A program made the translations under genes and the position numbers. A stretch of DNA of 64,000 nucleotides from Amoebophrya sp. A120 (lineage: Eukaryota; Protista; Dinoflagellata): NCBI GenBank assembly GCA_905178155.1, contig CAJINV010000007.1, positions 3,552,265 through 3,616,264 on the forward strand, read 5' to 3'. Under the pieces are notes generated by a model. That model had not been told where the DNA came from. It ran no database searches and saw only the letters and a program-made list of their open reading frames with translations. This document shows, in pieces, positions 23,212 through 35,477 of this stretch (positions are counted from its first letter, which is position 1; every line of letters starts with the position of its first letter).

Positions 23212-24585
23212 ATGAACAAAAGAGTAAAAATCCTTCCACGAGTTATGTTGCCAACAGCTGGTGTTCCTGCTGCAGCCGTAGCCCTTGCTTCGCTTTTATC
23301 TTTCCAGCTTCTCGGAGGTCCTGCAATACTAGCAGTCCAGAACCAGAACTTGCATCATCAAACGGCACCACGTCCATCGCTTGCTAGTGATCAAGACGAC
23401 CTGGACCTGCTAGCGAGCGAACGCAGCGCCTTCATCGAGGAAAATAACCGGCAACTACAAGGGCGAACCCAAACAAGACGAGAAGCGGAACTACAACTAG
23501 CCGCAGGCGCAGCTTCATCAGACAAAAACCCTTCGTCTACTTCCGCCCCGATCGTCCAGCTGTCTTCTTTCGCGGAAAAAGACGCGGCGAAGCAGATCCA
23601 GGACCTGAAGCTCAGCGACCAGAAAACGTCCAACTTCGCGCAGCTCGCCTCCCCCTGGGCACTGTGTCGAAAGCGAAACCCGGCGCGGTGCGAGAGCGAA
23701 ACGGAGGCGGAATCGCCCGGGTTGCAGTGCGACAAGGTGGACTTCTCCAGCTCTCCGCACGCGGCGTTGCTCGGACAGGAGTCGGCGAAGTGCACCCACC
23801 ACATCACCCAGCCGATCTTCTGTTTTGAGAAAGAAGACGGCAACTGCATCCCGTTGAGTTACTGTGAGAAGGCGCAACCGGGAAGCGGTGCCGTGGAGCC
23901 TTGGCACATCTTGTACGGCAGCGCGCTGTTCGAGAAGTTCGACACGAGTGAAAACGAAAAGGATGAAAATCCAACAAAAATAACGGAAACCAAACCGCTG
24001 AAGTGCCAGATGAAGTCCTGCGAGAAGATAACCTTCGCTTCTTCCAGCGGCGACGCGAAGGAGGTTCTCGCCCACAAGGTCCGGGTTTGCTCCAACGCGT
24101 TTGCAACCACGAATAGCGGATCACTGCAGAAAATCCGGTACCCCTTGGTTTGCGAGTACAGCCAACGGGCCGACGCCTGTAAGATTCGGAACCGGAAGGA
24201 AAAACCCTATCCCGAGGCGGTCGGAGCAGACTTACAAGGCGGGGAGGACGACAAGCAGAATGTGAACCCGGACGAGAAGATTGAGAAGGTGTTCGGGGAA
24301 ATTCAGAAACTGTCCCAGTGGGTGCAGGGCAACGTGCAGGAGGCCTTTAAGGAATTGGAGCAGGCGAAAAAGCAAGTTTCCGAGAAACTGAGGGACCTGG
24401 AGAAAGCGGCAGAAAACAGACGGGTCGCGAAGCAGAAACTGGTCGACTACCTAGCCTACAGAAGGTTTCAAGTGCAAACGCGCACACCGGCCCTGGCGGA
24501 GGTGTTGCAGCGGTTGAGTAGATCGCAGAGCGACAGGTTGATGGCCAGTGGCGTGGCGGGGGCAGACGTGAAAAAGGAGCGATAG
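23212..24585 (+). CDS. Hypothetical secreted Cys-rich protein with C-terminal coiled coil, intronless
   Basis: Long ORF with hydrophobic N-terminus (AAAVALASLLSFQLLGG), a central region with about a dozen Cys, and a heptad-like tail; first ATG at 23212. Confidence 0.7.
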   Translation: MNKRVKILPRVMLPTAGVPAAAVALASLLSFQLLGGPAILAVQNQNLHHQTAPRPSLASDQDDLDLLASERSAFIEENNRQLQGRTQTRREAELQLAAGAASSDKNPSSTSAPIVQLSSFAEKDAAKQIQDLKLSDQKTSNFAQLASPWALCRKRNPARCESETEAESPGLQCDKVDFSSSPHAALLGQESAKCTHHITQPIFCFEKEDGNCIPLSYCEKAQPGSGAVEPWHILYGSALFEKFDTSENEKDENPTKITETKPLKCQMKSCEKITFASSSGDAKEVLAHKVRVCSNAFATTNSGSLQKIRYPLVCEYSQRADACKIRNRKEKPYPEAVGADLQGGEDDKQNVNPDEKIEKVFGEIQKLSQWVQGNVQEAFKELEQAKKQVSEKLRDLEKAAENRRVAKQKLVDYLAYRRFQVQTRTPALAEVLQRLSRSQSDRLMASGVAGADVKKER

Positions 24586-25253
24586 CTCCTGTAAAGTTCT
24601 CTATTCTCCGTGGTGTGGCATTTCGTGGTCCTGTTGTAGTAGACTAGAAATAAGTTGATGAAGACGACGTGCTGTGTAGTGTGTCCTCTGGCAGCTACAG
24701 CACGATGACGATGTGAGCCAAGCTGCCGCGTTGAATGATTTCCTTTGCGAATCATGATCATGAAAGATGATTCATGCGCGAAACTTTTGCGCAGGCGCCC
24801 GCACAATTGACAAGTGTGCTCCTTCGAATGCGAAGCCTGTGAACATCATGCGTAAAAAGATGTGTTCACATGCTCAACAGAGTGAGCACCTCTTCCTCTT
24901 CAACCGCGTTTGCCTGTGTGGTTCTACACCAGCGATCTTCGCAATTGGATTGCTCACAAATATTATTGCAGATAGAACTATTCCCTCGCCGCGGCAAAAA
25001 AAATTGATCTTTCGTGATTGATGCGGTCGCAGTGTGCTCCAGGTCTAGGACCAATCTTGCAATTACTAGTATTTTTTGACCGTTATTTTTCTTACCAGCT
25101 GAGTATCGATTCTGTTGTTCCATTGTTTTCAGCTGCGAGTAGACGTATTTGCAGACCGCGAGGTATTGCACTGACACCGAGCTCTCCATCGTGCTGGTGG
25201 CGGTGTTGACGCCAGTCTTTGTGCGGGTTAACACCAGTCAGTCTTACTTCGAA

Positions 25254-27293
25254 ATGGCCGCCGTTTTCAATGGCGCGGTCGGCCGGTTTTGTTTTCTCTA
25301 TGGGGCGGTGGAGTATGTTGCGGGGGTGCGGGTGCCTGAAGATTGGGTGGGGCGAACTGTCGTGGGCATTCGGAACGAGTACCTGCCGCAAGAGGTCCCG
25401 GCTGGAGACCGGGAGCCGATAGATTTTACCGGCGATGCGGCCAGGATGCAGCAGAATTCAGATGCCTTCGGGGGGCAGCATCCCACGTACCGCCGGCAAT
25501 TACCCGGCGACTTCGTGCCCGCCCCGATGGCTACGGTGGATGGGCAGGTCTACCAGAACATCGTTGAGAATATGCAGAATCTTCGGGACGCCGGCCAGCG
25601 CTACCCCGCGAGCCGTGTTGTCCAGTCGAAAAGTGGTGCGAGATTTGGCGCGGGTGGTGCTGCTGGCCGGGGGTCATCCTCTCGGCAACAAGAAGTCCAG
25701 CGCTACAGTGCCTGGGGTGCAGCTGGCAATCCTTTTCTCCTCCAGGAACAACATCAACAAGGCAACTTCAACTACTGGCCTCAGCCGCGGCGCACACCGG
25801 CGCCCTTGGCTGTGCCAGAACACCATGCCCGGATCGGTGGACAACTCATCCTCCGACCCCCGCCTCCTGCTGCGCACATGATTGCTCCGGATGTGGGGCC
25901 CATGGTCGCGGCCTCTCCGGAATCCTCGCCGCCACCCACGGTCCCGCAGGAACAGGTCACGCCCCGGCGCCCACCTGCGCTGTTGCTGCACCATCACCAA
26001 ATACCCTATCCCTTCCCGGCTGTTGCGCAGATTGAACAGCAACAGACTCCTCTTCGTCCGGTCGTTGATGTCCGGGGAATCCAGCGGCACCTCGGGCGGC
26101 AGGCACCAAGGCACGTGCCGCTAGCGGTGCAACAGCCATTCCTCCACCACCCTCCTGCTCCTGTCGCAGATGTAGTTGTGCCGTCGCCAATCTTGAATCG
26201 CGATCAGGCGGCAGCACCTCCAGACAACGCTGGCAATGAAGTACCTGCCGCTCCTGAAGACACCAGTGCGCAACAGGAACAGCCTGCAGCTCTGACGGAA
26301 GATGAACATCAGCAAGTGATGAACACGCCTCCAGTGCCTTCTGGGCTGAGAGGAACTACAAGTACCGACCCAGCACACGGCAGCAGCGCGGCGGTGCCCA
26401 AGCCACCTGCGAACGTTGCCGAGGATCATCGTGTAGTCGTTGGCCGCAACGCGGTAACCAGGGAGCCTGTGTACGGCTGGGGTGCACAAAGTCGAGTAGC
26501 TTTGCAGAACGCCTCCGGACGGCAAAGTTCTGGTGAGCAGCAGTTGTCCTCGACCACGACTACGACTTCTCGTGATATCCCTGCACAAGAAGCACAACCA
26601 CAACGCGCACTGGTAGCGGCACGCCAGCAGTCGCGCTTTCTGGACCACAGAGAGAACAATCATGCGCACGCGGCTGGTGCACAACTCCGTCCTGCAGCAG
26701 CTGCACAACCCCGCGTGATCCTCCAGGACTTGCGACCCGTGCTACTGCGACCACCGGCTTCGATGGCACCACAGCCAGCGTTGCCTACTCTGGGGGCCCA
26801 CCCAGAACTCGTGCCCGAGATTAACTTTCATCGTACGCCAGTGCGAGGCGCAGTAGCTCCCACCGGTGCTTCCCGCAGCCGGTTTCCCGGAGCGAATAAT
26901 TACCCCGGGGATCATTATGCCGGCGGCGCCTTGTTTCCTCGTGCAGCACCGGCACTACCGGGATTTCCGGGCGGGGCCCACGGACCCGTCAGTAGAGAAG
27001 AAGTTGTGGGACACAACCGACAAGTGTACCAGCACCAACACAACGTCGCCCCCTGGTGGTTACCGGCTCCGTATCCCGTCCAGCAACACCAGGGAGTGGG
27101 TTTTTCGCCATCTGGGGTAGCGGCACCGATGGCCGCCGCAGCTCCGGCAGGACGGAGACTAGCGCCAGACGGCGCCGAGTGGTTGTTTCCAGTGCAACCC
27201 GCTGGCGCGACGGACTTGGTGCCTGCTTTGCCCATTCATTCACACTTTCACCCAGCCCCGCTGTTCCGCCCCCCGCCCAGGATGGACGACTGA
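25254..27293 (+). CDS. Hypothetical Pro/Ala/Gln-rich protein
   Basis: 714-codon open frame, GC-rich, first ATG at 25254; no recognisable domain. Confidence 0.65.
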   Translation: MAAVFNGAVGRFCFLYGAVEYVAGVRVPEDWVGRTVVGIRNEYLPQEVPAGDREPIDFTGDAARMQQNSDAFGGQHPTYRRQLPGDFVPAPMATVDGQVYQNIVENMQNLRDAGQRYPASRVVQSKSGARFGAGGAAGRGSSSRQQEVQRYSAWGAAGNPFLLQEQHQQGNFNYWPQPRRTPAPLAVPEHHARIGGQLILRPPPPAAHMIAPDVGPMVAASPESSPPPTVPQEQVTPRRPPALLLHHHQIPYPFPAVAQIEQQQTPLRPVVDVRGIQRHLGRQAPRHVPLAVQQPFLHHPPAPVADVVVPSPILNRDQAAAPPDNAGNEVPAAPEDTSAQQEQPAALTEDEHQQVMNTPPVPSGLRGTTSTDPAHGSSAAVPKPPANVAEDHRVVVGRNAVTREPVYGWGAQSRVALQNASGRQSSGEQQLSSTTTTTSRDIPAQEAQPQRALVAARQQSRFLDHRENNHAHAAGAQLRPAAAAQPRVILQDLRPVLLRPPASMAPQPALPTLGAHPELVPEINFHRTPVRGAVAPTGASRSRFPGANNYPGDHYAGGALFPRAAPALPGFPGGAHGPVSREEVVGHNRQVYQHQHNVAPWWLPAPYPVQQHQGVGFSPSGVAAPMAAAAPAGRRLAPDGAEWLFPVQPAGATDLVPALPIHSHFHPAPLFRPPPRMDD

Positions 27294-28452
27294 AACAAGC
27301 AACACTCATTTTTGGAAAATAAAGAGAAAGTTTAGCTGTGTTATAGAAACAAATGAATCTTTTTTTGGATCGCCTTCTACTTCTTCTTCTTTTTGGTTTG
27401 CAATGACAGACTGTAGGCGTGCATCAGCCAGAGCTGCGGTTGTTTTGCCGTCCTTTTTACATACAGCAGGTACCTCTAAGCAACAAGATATCTTCTATGA
27501 CAATACAGGAGGAACGTGTTGTATGAATGTCAGCTAATGCTCAATGGGGGCCGAGATTTTCGTACTTTTTTTGTATTTATCTAATTTATTATACTGTGTG
27601 GGTGACGTCGCGTTTGTAGCAGTATGAATCTCGATTGCGAGCATGTTTCAGTACTTACAGACTCTCTCAGAAAATGCATCTTTTTCTTTTGCGAAATGAA
27701 AACTTTAACTTTGGCGTTGATACCGTGCTACGGAAATGAATCTGGAAAAAATAGGCTCTACTTGACAAATATATATAAGCCAAGGTCGAGCGCTACTACA
27801 AGAGAGCAGCTCCACTTTCTTCGTGGTATTTATATTTTTTTGTCGGCGAGTAGAGTGTGGTTTCTTCATGGGTTTCAATTATCTCGCTCTTTGGCTGGTT
27901 GGTCGCGTCTTCGCCTTACCTTTCTCTACAGCTACAGATCGCGAAAGCATGTGTTGTAAAGCAATCATCTAGGTCGTGTAACAGAACTGAACACTACTTT
28001 CTAAATTCGGAATCATCATCATCGTCGTCGTCGTCATCGTCGTCGGCTCGTTGTATGGGCAGCGAGATCTTCGTCAGACAAGAAAATCAAAATCAATCGT
28101 GTCGGAAATAAGTCGTGCAGCTAAAGGCGGGCCGTCAACACTTGATCGACAAGTGGTCCTCGTGACGCCACGTCGATGAGTAGTGGTCACAACGCTCGCG
28201 CCCAAAATTTAAGTATTTGCATTTCGATTTCGCATGATTTGCGGACGCTTAGTAAAAACGCTATTATGTTGACTCTGAGGTCTCTCCGCCAAGCTCGTCG
28301 TGTCCACGACAAATAAAACCTTCTATGTTGCTTTGCTGATAGTGTCACAGTTGTAGAGCAAGAGAGCTTTTTCTGGAGTTAAAGTCTGTGTCTGGTTCTG
28401 CAACTACCGAGCCCGCGGTTGTATTTTTATTTTCGCACGAATATATATAATT

Positions 28453-31400
28453 ATGGTCGTCCCCGTGAAGATGCAGATCCGGCCCCCGCGAGGTTGCGTT
28501 GAGAAGATGCGTAAACTCTTCTGCTTCAGCGCCGTCGTATTTTTCGGCCTGCCACACGTGCAGCACAATGACACGTTGGTGCTGGGTAAGGGCATTGCGC
28601 AACAAGTAGATGTGGAAGATTCCGGTTTGTCGCAGGACGATCTGCAGAAGACCGTAGTGGATGCAGATACGAAAACGAAGCCCGTTATTAACGAAGATGA
28701 AACTTTTGAAGCTGCAGTTGCAACGAGTAGCCAGGAAAAAACACCCATCCCCATCCAATTTGTCATGCAAAACATGCATAAAATCCACTATTTTCCATGC
28801 AAAAAATGGATGGGGATGGGTGTTTTTTCCTGGATAACGAGTCCGAAACTTCTAGTGCCCTCGACGATACTAGTCCAAGATCGGGTCTACGTGCGCGAGA
28901 AAACAACTACAAATGGCATCAACAAGGGAGAAAAAATTGAAACCCCGACCAGTTCCGGATCCGACAACAGGGCGATCCGGCTTCCGCCACTCGCAGCACC
29001 TGCTTCCGCAGACGGCGCAACAAACTTCCTAGAAGTGGAACACAAGAAACTCGCGGAGAAAACAAGAACCCAGGAGACTGCCAAGTTCGAAAACAGACAC
29101 GGCCGTCAACATCTTCAGACCGAGCGCGCAGCGGCAGCACGACAGCACCGGCGTAAAATGAGAAGCAAGCTGCAGAAGAAAAAACTTGCTTCCAAGAAGG
29201 CTCGGTTACTGAGGCAGAAAGTGCTGCGACAAGCGAAGCGGAACAGGGTGAAAAAGCTGCTGCTGTTAAAGAAGAAACAGACACATGCAAACAAGAAGAC
29301 CAGTCTCAGTCGAAATCAGATGAGCAAGCAAAAGCATCTTCAGAAAAGGCGCATGGGCGAGATGAGACTCGATTTGGAGCAGGTCGAGGACGATGAAGAT
29401 GATGATGATGCTGTATCAAGTGCAAAAGTTGTGTCTGTGTCTGGACAATTGCTACACTTGTCATGCATGTCTGACATGACTCAAGAACAAGAATCTGTGA
29501 TGCATGGGCACGAAGCGGCCCTCTTACCTGTCATGCAAAAACGCAGTTTGCCATGCGCAAAACGCAACACGTAGGCGATTAAAAATTTCTCATGCTTGGC
29601 TCCGTATTGCAGTGGAACTCCCATTCACTTTCAGCATTACAAATTCCCAGACCCAGACATATTTGCAATGCATATGCTGGTGACGACGTCGATACCGTCG
29701 ATAAAGACGTGGAGACGGACGCCGACGATGAGAAGCTGAGTCAGGATGAGCTCGAACAAGCAGACGGAGATGATGTTGACGGCGAAGCTGAAGATGTTGA
29801 TGATGAAGACACTGCAGTAGATGATGATGTCGCCGCCATTGATGACGACGATGAAAACGACGCTTCTACTACCACACCCTTGGACGAGGACTTGGAGAAC
29901 GAGGATTTGGACTTGGCGAACGATGATGCCGTGGAGGAGAAAACAAGTGAAGCTGGAACTACATCTGCAAATGCAGATGAGACTCTCGGGGGTGGTGTTG
30001 AGCCACCTCCAGAAAAGAAGGACGGAGCGCTCCTGAATAAAGCTGGCGCTGAAAAGATTCCGGATCTGCAAACAGGCAGATCTTCTTCAAGCAGTGGCGC
30101 GGCGGGCTCCGCCGGGACAACGGGAGATGCCCCACCAGCGGCGCCGGCTCGTGCTGAGAGTGACAATAAGTCGTCCAAAGATGGGGACGCAGGAGTTCTT
30201 GATGAATCATCTTTCCCCGATCATGGTGCTAGTGCGGCAGAAGAATTTTCCGCCGCTTCGAAGTCTACGGATCAGAGCGCGAGCGTGAACAGCCAAAAAA
30301 ATCCAGGGACTAGTACTACAACCTCAAGCAGCGCGACCGGAACAAGTGGGACGGACGCCAACAATAGCGGCTGCAAGTGTTGTTTCTGCATCTTGATCAT
30401 CGTCGTCGTCGTTTCCCTTGTCGGGCTTATCCTTGGCGGCAGCTACTTTTACTACAAATCGAATTTTCTCGAAAAACGCTTGTCCTTCGCGTCCCAGTCT
30501 TTTCAAGGTGGGGGGTTCGGGGAATCCGACGGCAAGAACGTGGTGACTGGTGCTGGAGATCAGAACCAGCCGGGCGGGGGCAACACAGCCGGCGCGACTT
30601 CTGGAACAGCAGCGGACTCGACCCCGTTGCTGCAGCCGCTACCGGCAGGCATGGTGGAGGATGCGGAAAAAATGAAAAGCTTTTCGGATTGGGCGGAAGA
30701 AAAGGTCAAGAAAGTGCGGCGATTTTCTGCGGGCTACTTATTCGGCGCGTCGACCGGTAGCGGGGGCCATATTAACTCATCCAAAGGAAGTCGTGGCCAC
30801 AAGGACAAGAAATCCGAAACGAGTGGAGGTGCTGGTGCACCGCTGTCCGAAGAAAACGCGGAAGCAGGTCGTGGAGCAAACGCGCAGAAAGACGACGCCG
30901 CGGATACCACTGGTCCAATAGAGAGGAAGTCGAAGAAAAGCGGAAACCGGATGAATTCCAGCTCAGCCGGTGCAGCTCCTGGACAACAAGGTTCCGCCCC
31001 GGGGAGCGCTGACTTTGATTTTACAGGCGGCCATCAGAAACTCGAGGCGCCAGACCTGGGAGGTTTTGACCCGCAGGAGTCCGCTTCCGGCGGCGACGAA
31101 AACTTCCTGGCGCCACCGCAAACGGAAGAGATCGCCCGGTCGAAGAAGAAAAAGATTGCGCCTGCAGCTCCACCTGCGGACAAGAGCGCGCCACCTTTCG
31201 TGCTTGGCCACATTGGCCTACCTACCGCCGAGGAAGCGACCACCTCCGGCAAAATTCGTCCACCGTCGGAATCGACGACGCGGAAGAGCAAAACCATGAC
31301 GGAAGCGGTGTTTGGGAAACAGGCAGCCGAGGAACGCGAACGGGCGCTGAACACCAGAACCACGGCACAACCCAGCAAGAAGCTGATGGCGGAAGACGCA

Positions 31401-33528
31401 ATTTTGGTGAGCGTTTATTATTCTTGTTTTTCGATTATAGTAAGCCCTGTAGCTGTATAACCGCTATTATTGAAGTGTATAGTCCTGTTCAAAGAAACTA
31501 CAACTGATCCAGATGAAGTACAGATTAATGCTCTAGCGTGTTGAGAAAATTCCGCATGATCCGCTTCATTGCAACGAAAAAGAATCGAAGTCGAGCTTTG
31601 CGAGGAAAACTGCGAACACCGGCACTTTGAACTTTGTCAAAATTCCATGTCAGGTGAAAGAGGTCACGCAAAAACTCGCTTCGCAAGTCCCGGCGGATCT
31701 CGACGACCAGCATTTTTCTATTCCTCCGCCCAGGCCTTCGGCGAATAAGTTGGGGAAGAAAACGGTGTCCGCCCTGGACCCGGCTCCATTCGGCGGCCTG
31801 GAAGATGACGACATTGAAATCCTGCCCGAGAGTGCGGGCCCCGCGACCCCGGCCAGCGTTGCCAGTGAAATCGAGGAGCTCGTCTCGGACCACCACAAGC
31901 GCACGTCGAACAAGCTAGAGGAGGTACAGTCGCTGGAGATACAACTCGTTTCCGCGAAGAAGGAGCTCGGGATTTTGCTTTCAAGTCCCGTTACTTCGCC
32001 CCCGTCGCGGAAGTCGACCGCTGGCGAACAAAAGCTTTCGATCGCGAGTGTCGCGACCTTCGCGGAAGAGACTCCGGTTTTTGAGGACGACTTCAAGAGC
32101 GAAGGTGTGTTGAAAGCAGGGTCCACCGGCTACAGTGGCAAAGCCGATGCCGAACAAATTGCGACCTTCGCGGAAGAGACGCCGGAGCACGAGGGTGTGG
32201 TCGAAAATTATAAACCGAAGAAGAACAAGACCACGAGGAAGTCGTCCAAGATTGGCGACAACAAAGAGGAGCTGCTTATGGGGAGTATGAAGACAATGGT
32301 GGAGCAAGTCCAATCGGAAATCCAAGGTTCTGCTTCGGGCAAGTTGTCGAAGAAGAAGTCGCAGGTCCTGCAAAAGCAAGGGTCACTCCGCCCCTCCGCG
32401 GATCACGATTCTCCGATCCACGAGCGCATCGCCGCTTTACAAAGTGGCACTTCTTCGCAGCGACCGTCGCAACAAGGTTCCTCTCGCCCCTCCGCAGACC
32501 ATGGCTCCCCGATTCACCTGCGCATCGCTGCGTTAAAAATGTCCCCACGTCAGTCGGCGAAGGTGTCACCCGGGCGAGAAATGACGACCGGCGGGGCCAC
32601 CGGGAACAAGTCTACCTCCCAGCGGGAGACATCTGCATCTCCGCGCAGCCCAACAACATCAACTGCTGCGAAGCGAAAATCGACGGCGCAGCAGGAGCAA
32701 CAACCACGAACAACCTCCCCCGGAGGAGGTTCAACATCTCGGCCAATGAGTTTTGCGAAGAACCAGCAAGAACAAGCAACTTCGCCAAAAGCGGCCGCGC
32801 GGCAGTCTGGAAGACTGACAGCCACAACCTCGCCGAAGATGACTACATCCTCTGGGATCGTGCAAAAAAAGGAAGGAGGAGTCCCTGCCTCCCCTAGGGG
32901 TATGAGTTTTGGCGCTGGCGCTTCTCCGAGGAGTGGCGGGGAAGAACACAAGCGACAATTGTCCATGTACTACAACTTCCTGCCGACGACCACCGACGCC
33001 GACAAGCTCGCGCTGGCGCGGTTTTCCTCCCGCACGTCGCGGAAGCCGGGGTCTTCGGAACAAAAGCAAGGCACGCCGCAAAATGCTGGCGACGTCGTCC
33101 GGGACACGGAGGGCGACCGGCTCACCTTCCAGCCCGATGGAACGTCAAAGATGAGCCAGCGTGGGACCACTCGTGCTGGTCAAGAGCTTCTACAGCAACC
33201 CGGTGCAGCAACCTCTAGCGGGGCGGGTGACCGAAAGCATCCCTCGAAGAGTCTCCACAACACTGATTCGATCCAGGACCGGATCGATTCCCTGAAGCGC
33301 GCCAACAGCAAGGAGCGTGGCAAGGACGAGATGAGCTCGAGCGTGCGCAAGTTCGGGTCGGCGCTGCCCGGGCTGGCCCGGGCGAACGACGAGGGAGAGC
33401 AGGTCGCGACGGTGGATGATATTGAAGAAGGGGCGGAGGAAGACGAGGATCTGCTGGACACGCCCGCGGAAGGTCGCCCAGGAGACTCGTCTGCCACTAC
33501 ATCATGGTCTGATACCAGCGACGCGTAA
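28453..33528 (+). CDS. Hypothetical type I membrane protein (signal peptide, basic and acidic tracts, one TM helix, S/T-rich tail)
   Basis: Three ORFs are joined by removing element 29414-29674 and GT-AG intron 31407-31653; TM segment CCFCILIIVVVVSLVGLILGGSYFYY; internal peptide repeats ATFAEETP x2 and RPSADHxSPIHxRIAAL x2; also carries in-frame element 28728-28836. Confidence 0.75.
28728..28836. mobile_element. TIR introner, family E (109 bp), in frame and stop-free
   Basis: TAGCCAGGAAAAAACACCCATCCCCATCCA ... TGGATGGGGATGGGTGTTTTTTCCTGGATA; perfect TSD ACGAG; sister copy at 62546-62654. Confidence 0.9.
29414..29674. mobile_element. TIR introner, family A subfamily 2
   Basis: Family A ends; perfect TSD TGCTG; interior shared with 41562-41812. 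Confidence 0.9.
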
Positions 33529-34263
33529 GGGGGAGGTGAAATGAATTCCCGTAGCATGATTCGAGGAGAACGAGAACAACAAGTTGCGCTTATTTGACGA
33601 AGTAGAAACAGAATCACAAACACTCACTTTATAAACTGGTTGCTGACCTGCTCCGCAGGCACAGCCAGTCAACAAAAAGCCAAGAAAACAAAGTTTTTAA
33701 TATTTCTGCTTATTCGCGAATCGGAATCAACGCACGTCTGTGCTGACTTATCATTTTTACCTGATTACAACAATTTTATATCCTTTCCAAATCGACTTTA
33801 TTACAACTGTCAAGATGTTTTTCAGAGCCTGTTTTGTCAGCAGAAAAATCCTATGTTGAGGCGACTTTCACCTATGCGATATTTTCATTTCGTGATTACA
33901 CATCTTTGGTTTGTCTACTAGATTTTTACAATGAAATTCCCTTTAACTTTTCGTTGGTTGATGTGGTCTGCACCATCTTTATCATCAAGCGCAGGTCGTC
34001 AGCGTCAATGTGTATAATGATGTACAACTTTTCACCGGAAGTATGGGGTTGCTGGCAATATTCTATGTGAGATAGAATGAGGATAGATTATGTTGAAACA
34101 GAAGCGACCCGCACTGTATCTACATGTTTTGGATTCTATTTCTGATATCAAAAATAAAAGCAGAAGTCAGCGCCGTATCAGTGAATGATGCGAGCCGATG
34201 CGCTACTTCGTGGTGACGCGGCTATGGTGATGGCAACTTTTATGTTCCTCCAATTCAACTTTT

Positions 34264-34442
34264 AAAAGGACAAGACCCGCCCGAAAAAACAAGAACCGCT
34301 GCGAGATAGGAGTTTTTGTCTGGAGTAAGTTCGAGCAAAATGAATCTGAAGAAGGACGCAAACCGATCGCAGAAGACGGAAAAGCAAGCTAGCTCTTGAC
34401 GCTGCAACCTTGAAACGCTTCTAGGAATTTGAACAGGTTTTG
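34264..34442 (+). repeat. About 179-bp dispersed direct repeat, copy 1 (copy 2 at 40010-40188)
   Basis: Near-identical (one visible mismatch, GACGG/GACAG); ends at the N at 34443. Confidence 0.85.
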
Positions 34443-34522
34443 NATCATGGCTCATGCAAAAGAACGTGCGTGACAAGCCTTAGAATCTTCCAGACATCAT
34501 CCAGGGATATTTGCAATTGATA

Positions 34523-35477
34523 GCTGCGTGAAGCACACTATGAATTGCAAAAGTATCGTACTCGTATAAATGCATGACAAATTGTTCCCCCAGCATGAGA
34601 ATTCAATTAAGATTTGTAATGCGGATTTACCTTGAGAAAAAAATTTGTAATGCAAGACTTGCATTTATACGAATACGATACTTTTGCACAGGATACACAC
34701 AATGCTGAAGTTTGGGACCGCTTTCCAGCAGTATCAAATGTAAAAATGTCTGGGTCTGGAAGGATGCAGAGATTTGTGATGCAGCTTTGGCATGAACCCT
34801 GATGTCTGTGATGCATTCCCTAGCATCACAGATTTTTTGAGGGCTTCTTGATGCCTATACCGCATGAGAAATGCCCTCTCGCCGTCGCAAAAACTGCAAC
34901 TCTTTTGCTGTTCATGCAATACAGATTTTTGTAGAATCCAAATGCAGCATCACAAGTTGCATCCTTCCAGACCCAGACATTTTTGCAATCCATAAGCAGA
35001 GTACTTGGACCAGTTGGAAGCAGAAGCCAACGGCGAGCTCTAGTAGTACGAGAGTGCACAACGAACCACCCCCACCTCCCTCTCATTTGTATTGCATGAA
35101 CAGCAATACGAGCGTCCGCACATGTGGAGCCTGTGCATCACAGGTTCATGCGCGTAATGTAGTACTGTTTGGGGTTCCAGAATCTGTCATGCAAACTGTA
35201 CCACAAGGCAGCACTTGGATTTGATGTTTTGCATGACAAATGAGGGGCTGGGGATGAAGAAATACTCGCGATGTTTTTCGCGGTTCTGACCCTAGATCTC
35301 CTGCGTCCGAAGCTGCTTGCGGCGACGGTGCAAGGGTTTTTGATGTGGCGCAGTCGGGTATGCATGACAAATGAGGGGCAAAGGGAGTTGTGCACTGTCA
35401 TACGTAGTACGGCTGGCCCAGCAGTTGGAAGCGCAACCCAACTCTCGCACGTACAGCACAAGTGCTGTCGAGAGTGA
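34523..35477 (+). CDS. 3' part of an unknown gene in micro-exons, truncated by the N join at 34443
   Basis: Removing elements 34539-34695, 34732-34994 and 35047-35402 leaves an open frame CVKHTMLKFGTAFQQSTWTSWKQKPTASSSSTAG..CCRE*. Another frame is also open to 35043, so the frame is ambiguous. Confidence 0.45.
34539..34695. mobile_element. TIR introner, family B
   Basis: TATGAATTGCAAAAGTATCGTACTCGTATAAATGCA ... TGCATTTATACGAATACGATACTTTTGCACAGGATA; perfect TSD CACAC. Confidence 0.92.
34732..34994. mobile_element. TIR introner, family A
   Basis: Family A TIRs; perfect TSD AGCAG. Confidence 0.92.
35047..35402. mobile_element. TIR introner, family D
   Basis: TACGAGAGTGCACAAC ... GTTGTGCACTGTCATA; TSD AGTAG/CGTAG; internal duplication GCATGACAAATGAGGGGC at about 35231 and 35362. 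Confidence 0.8.

Noticed and set aside
28011-28044. (TCA/TCG)n tract and its small ORF
   Set aside because: Simple intergenic microsatellite with no coding support.
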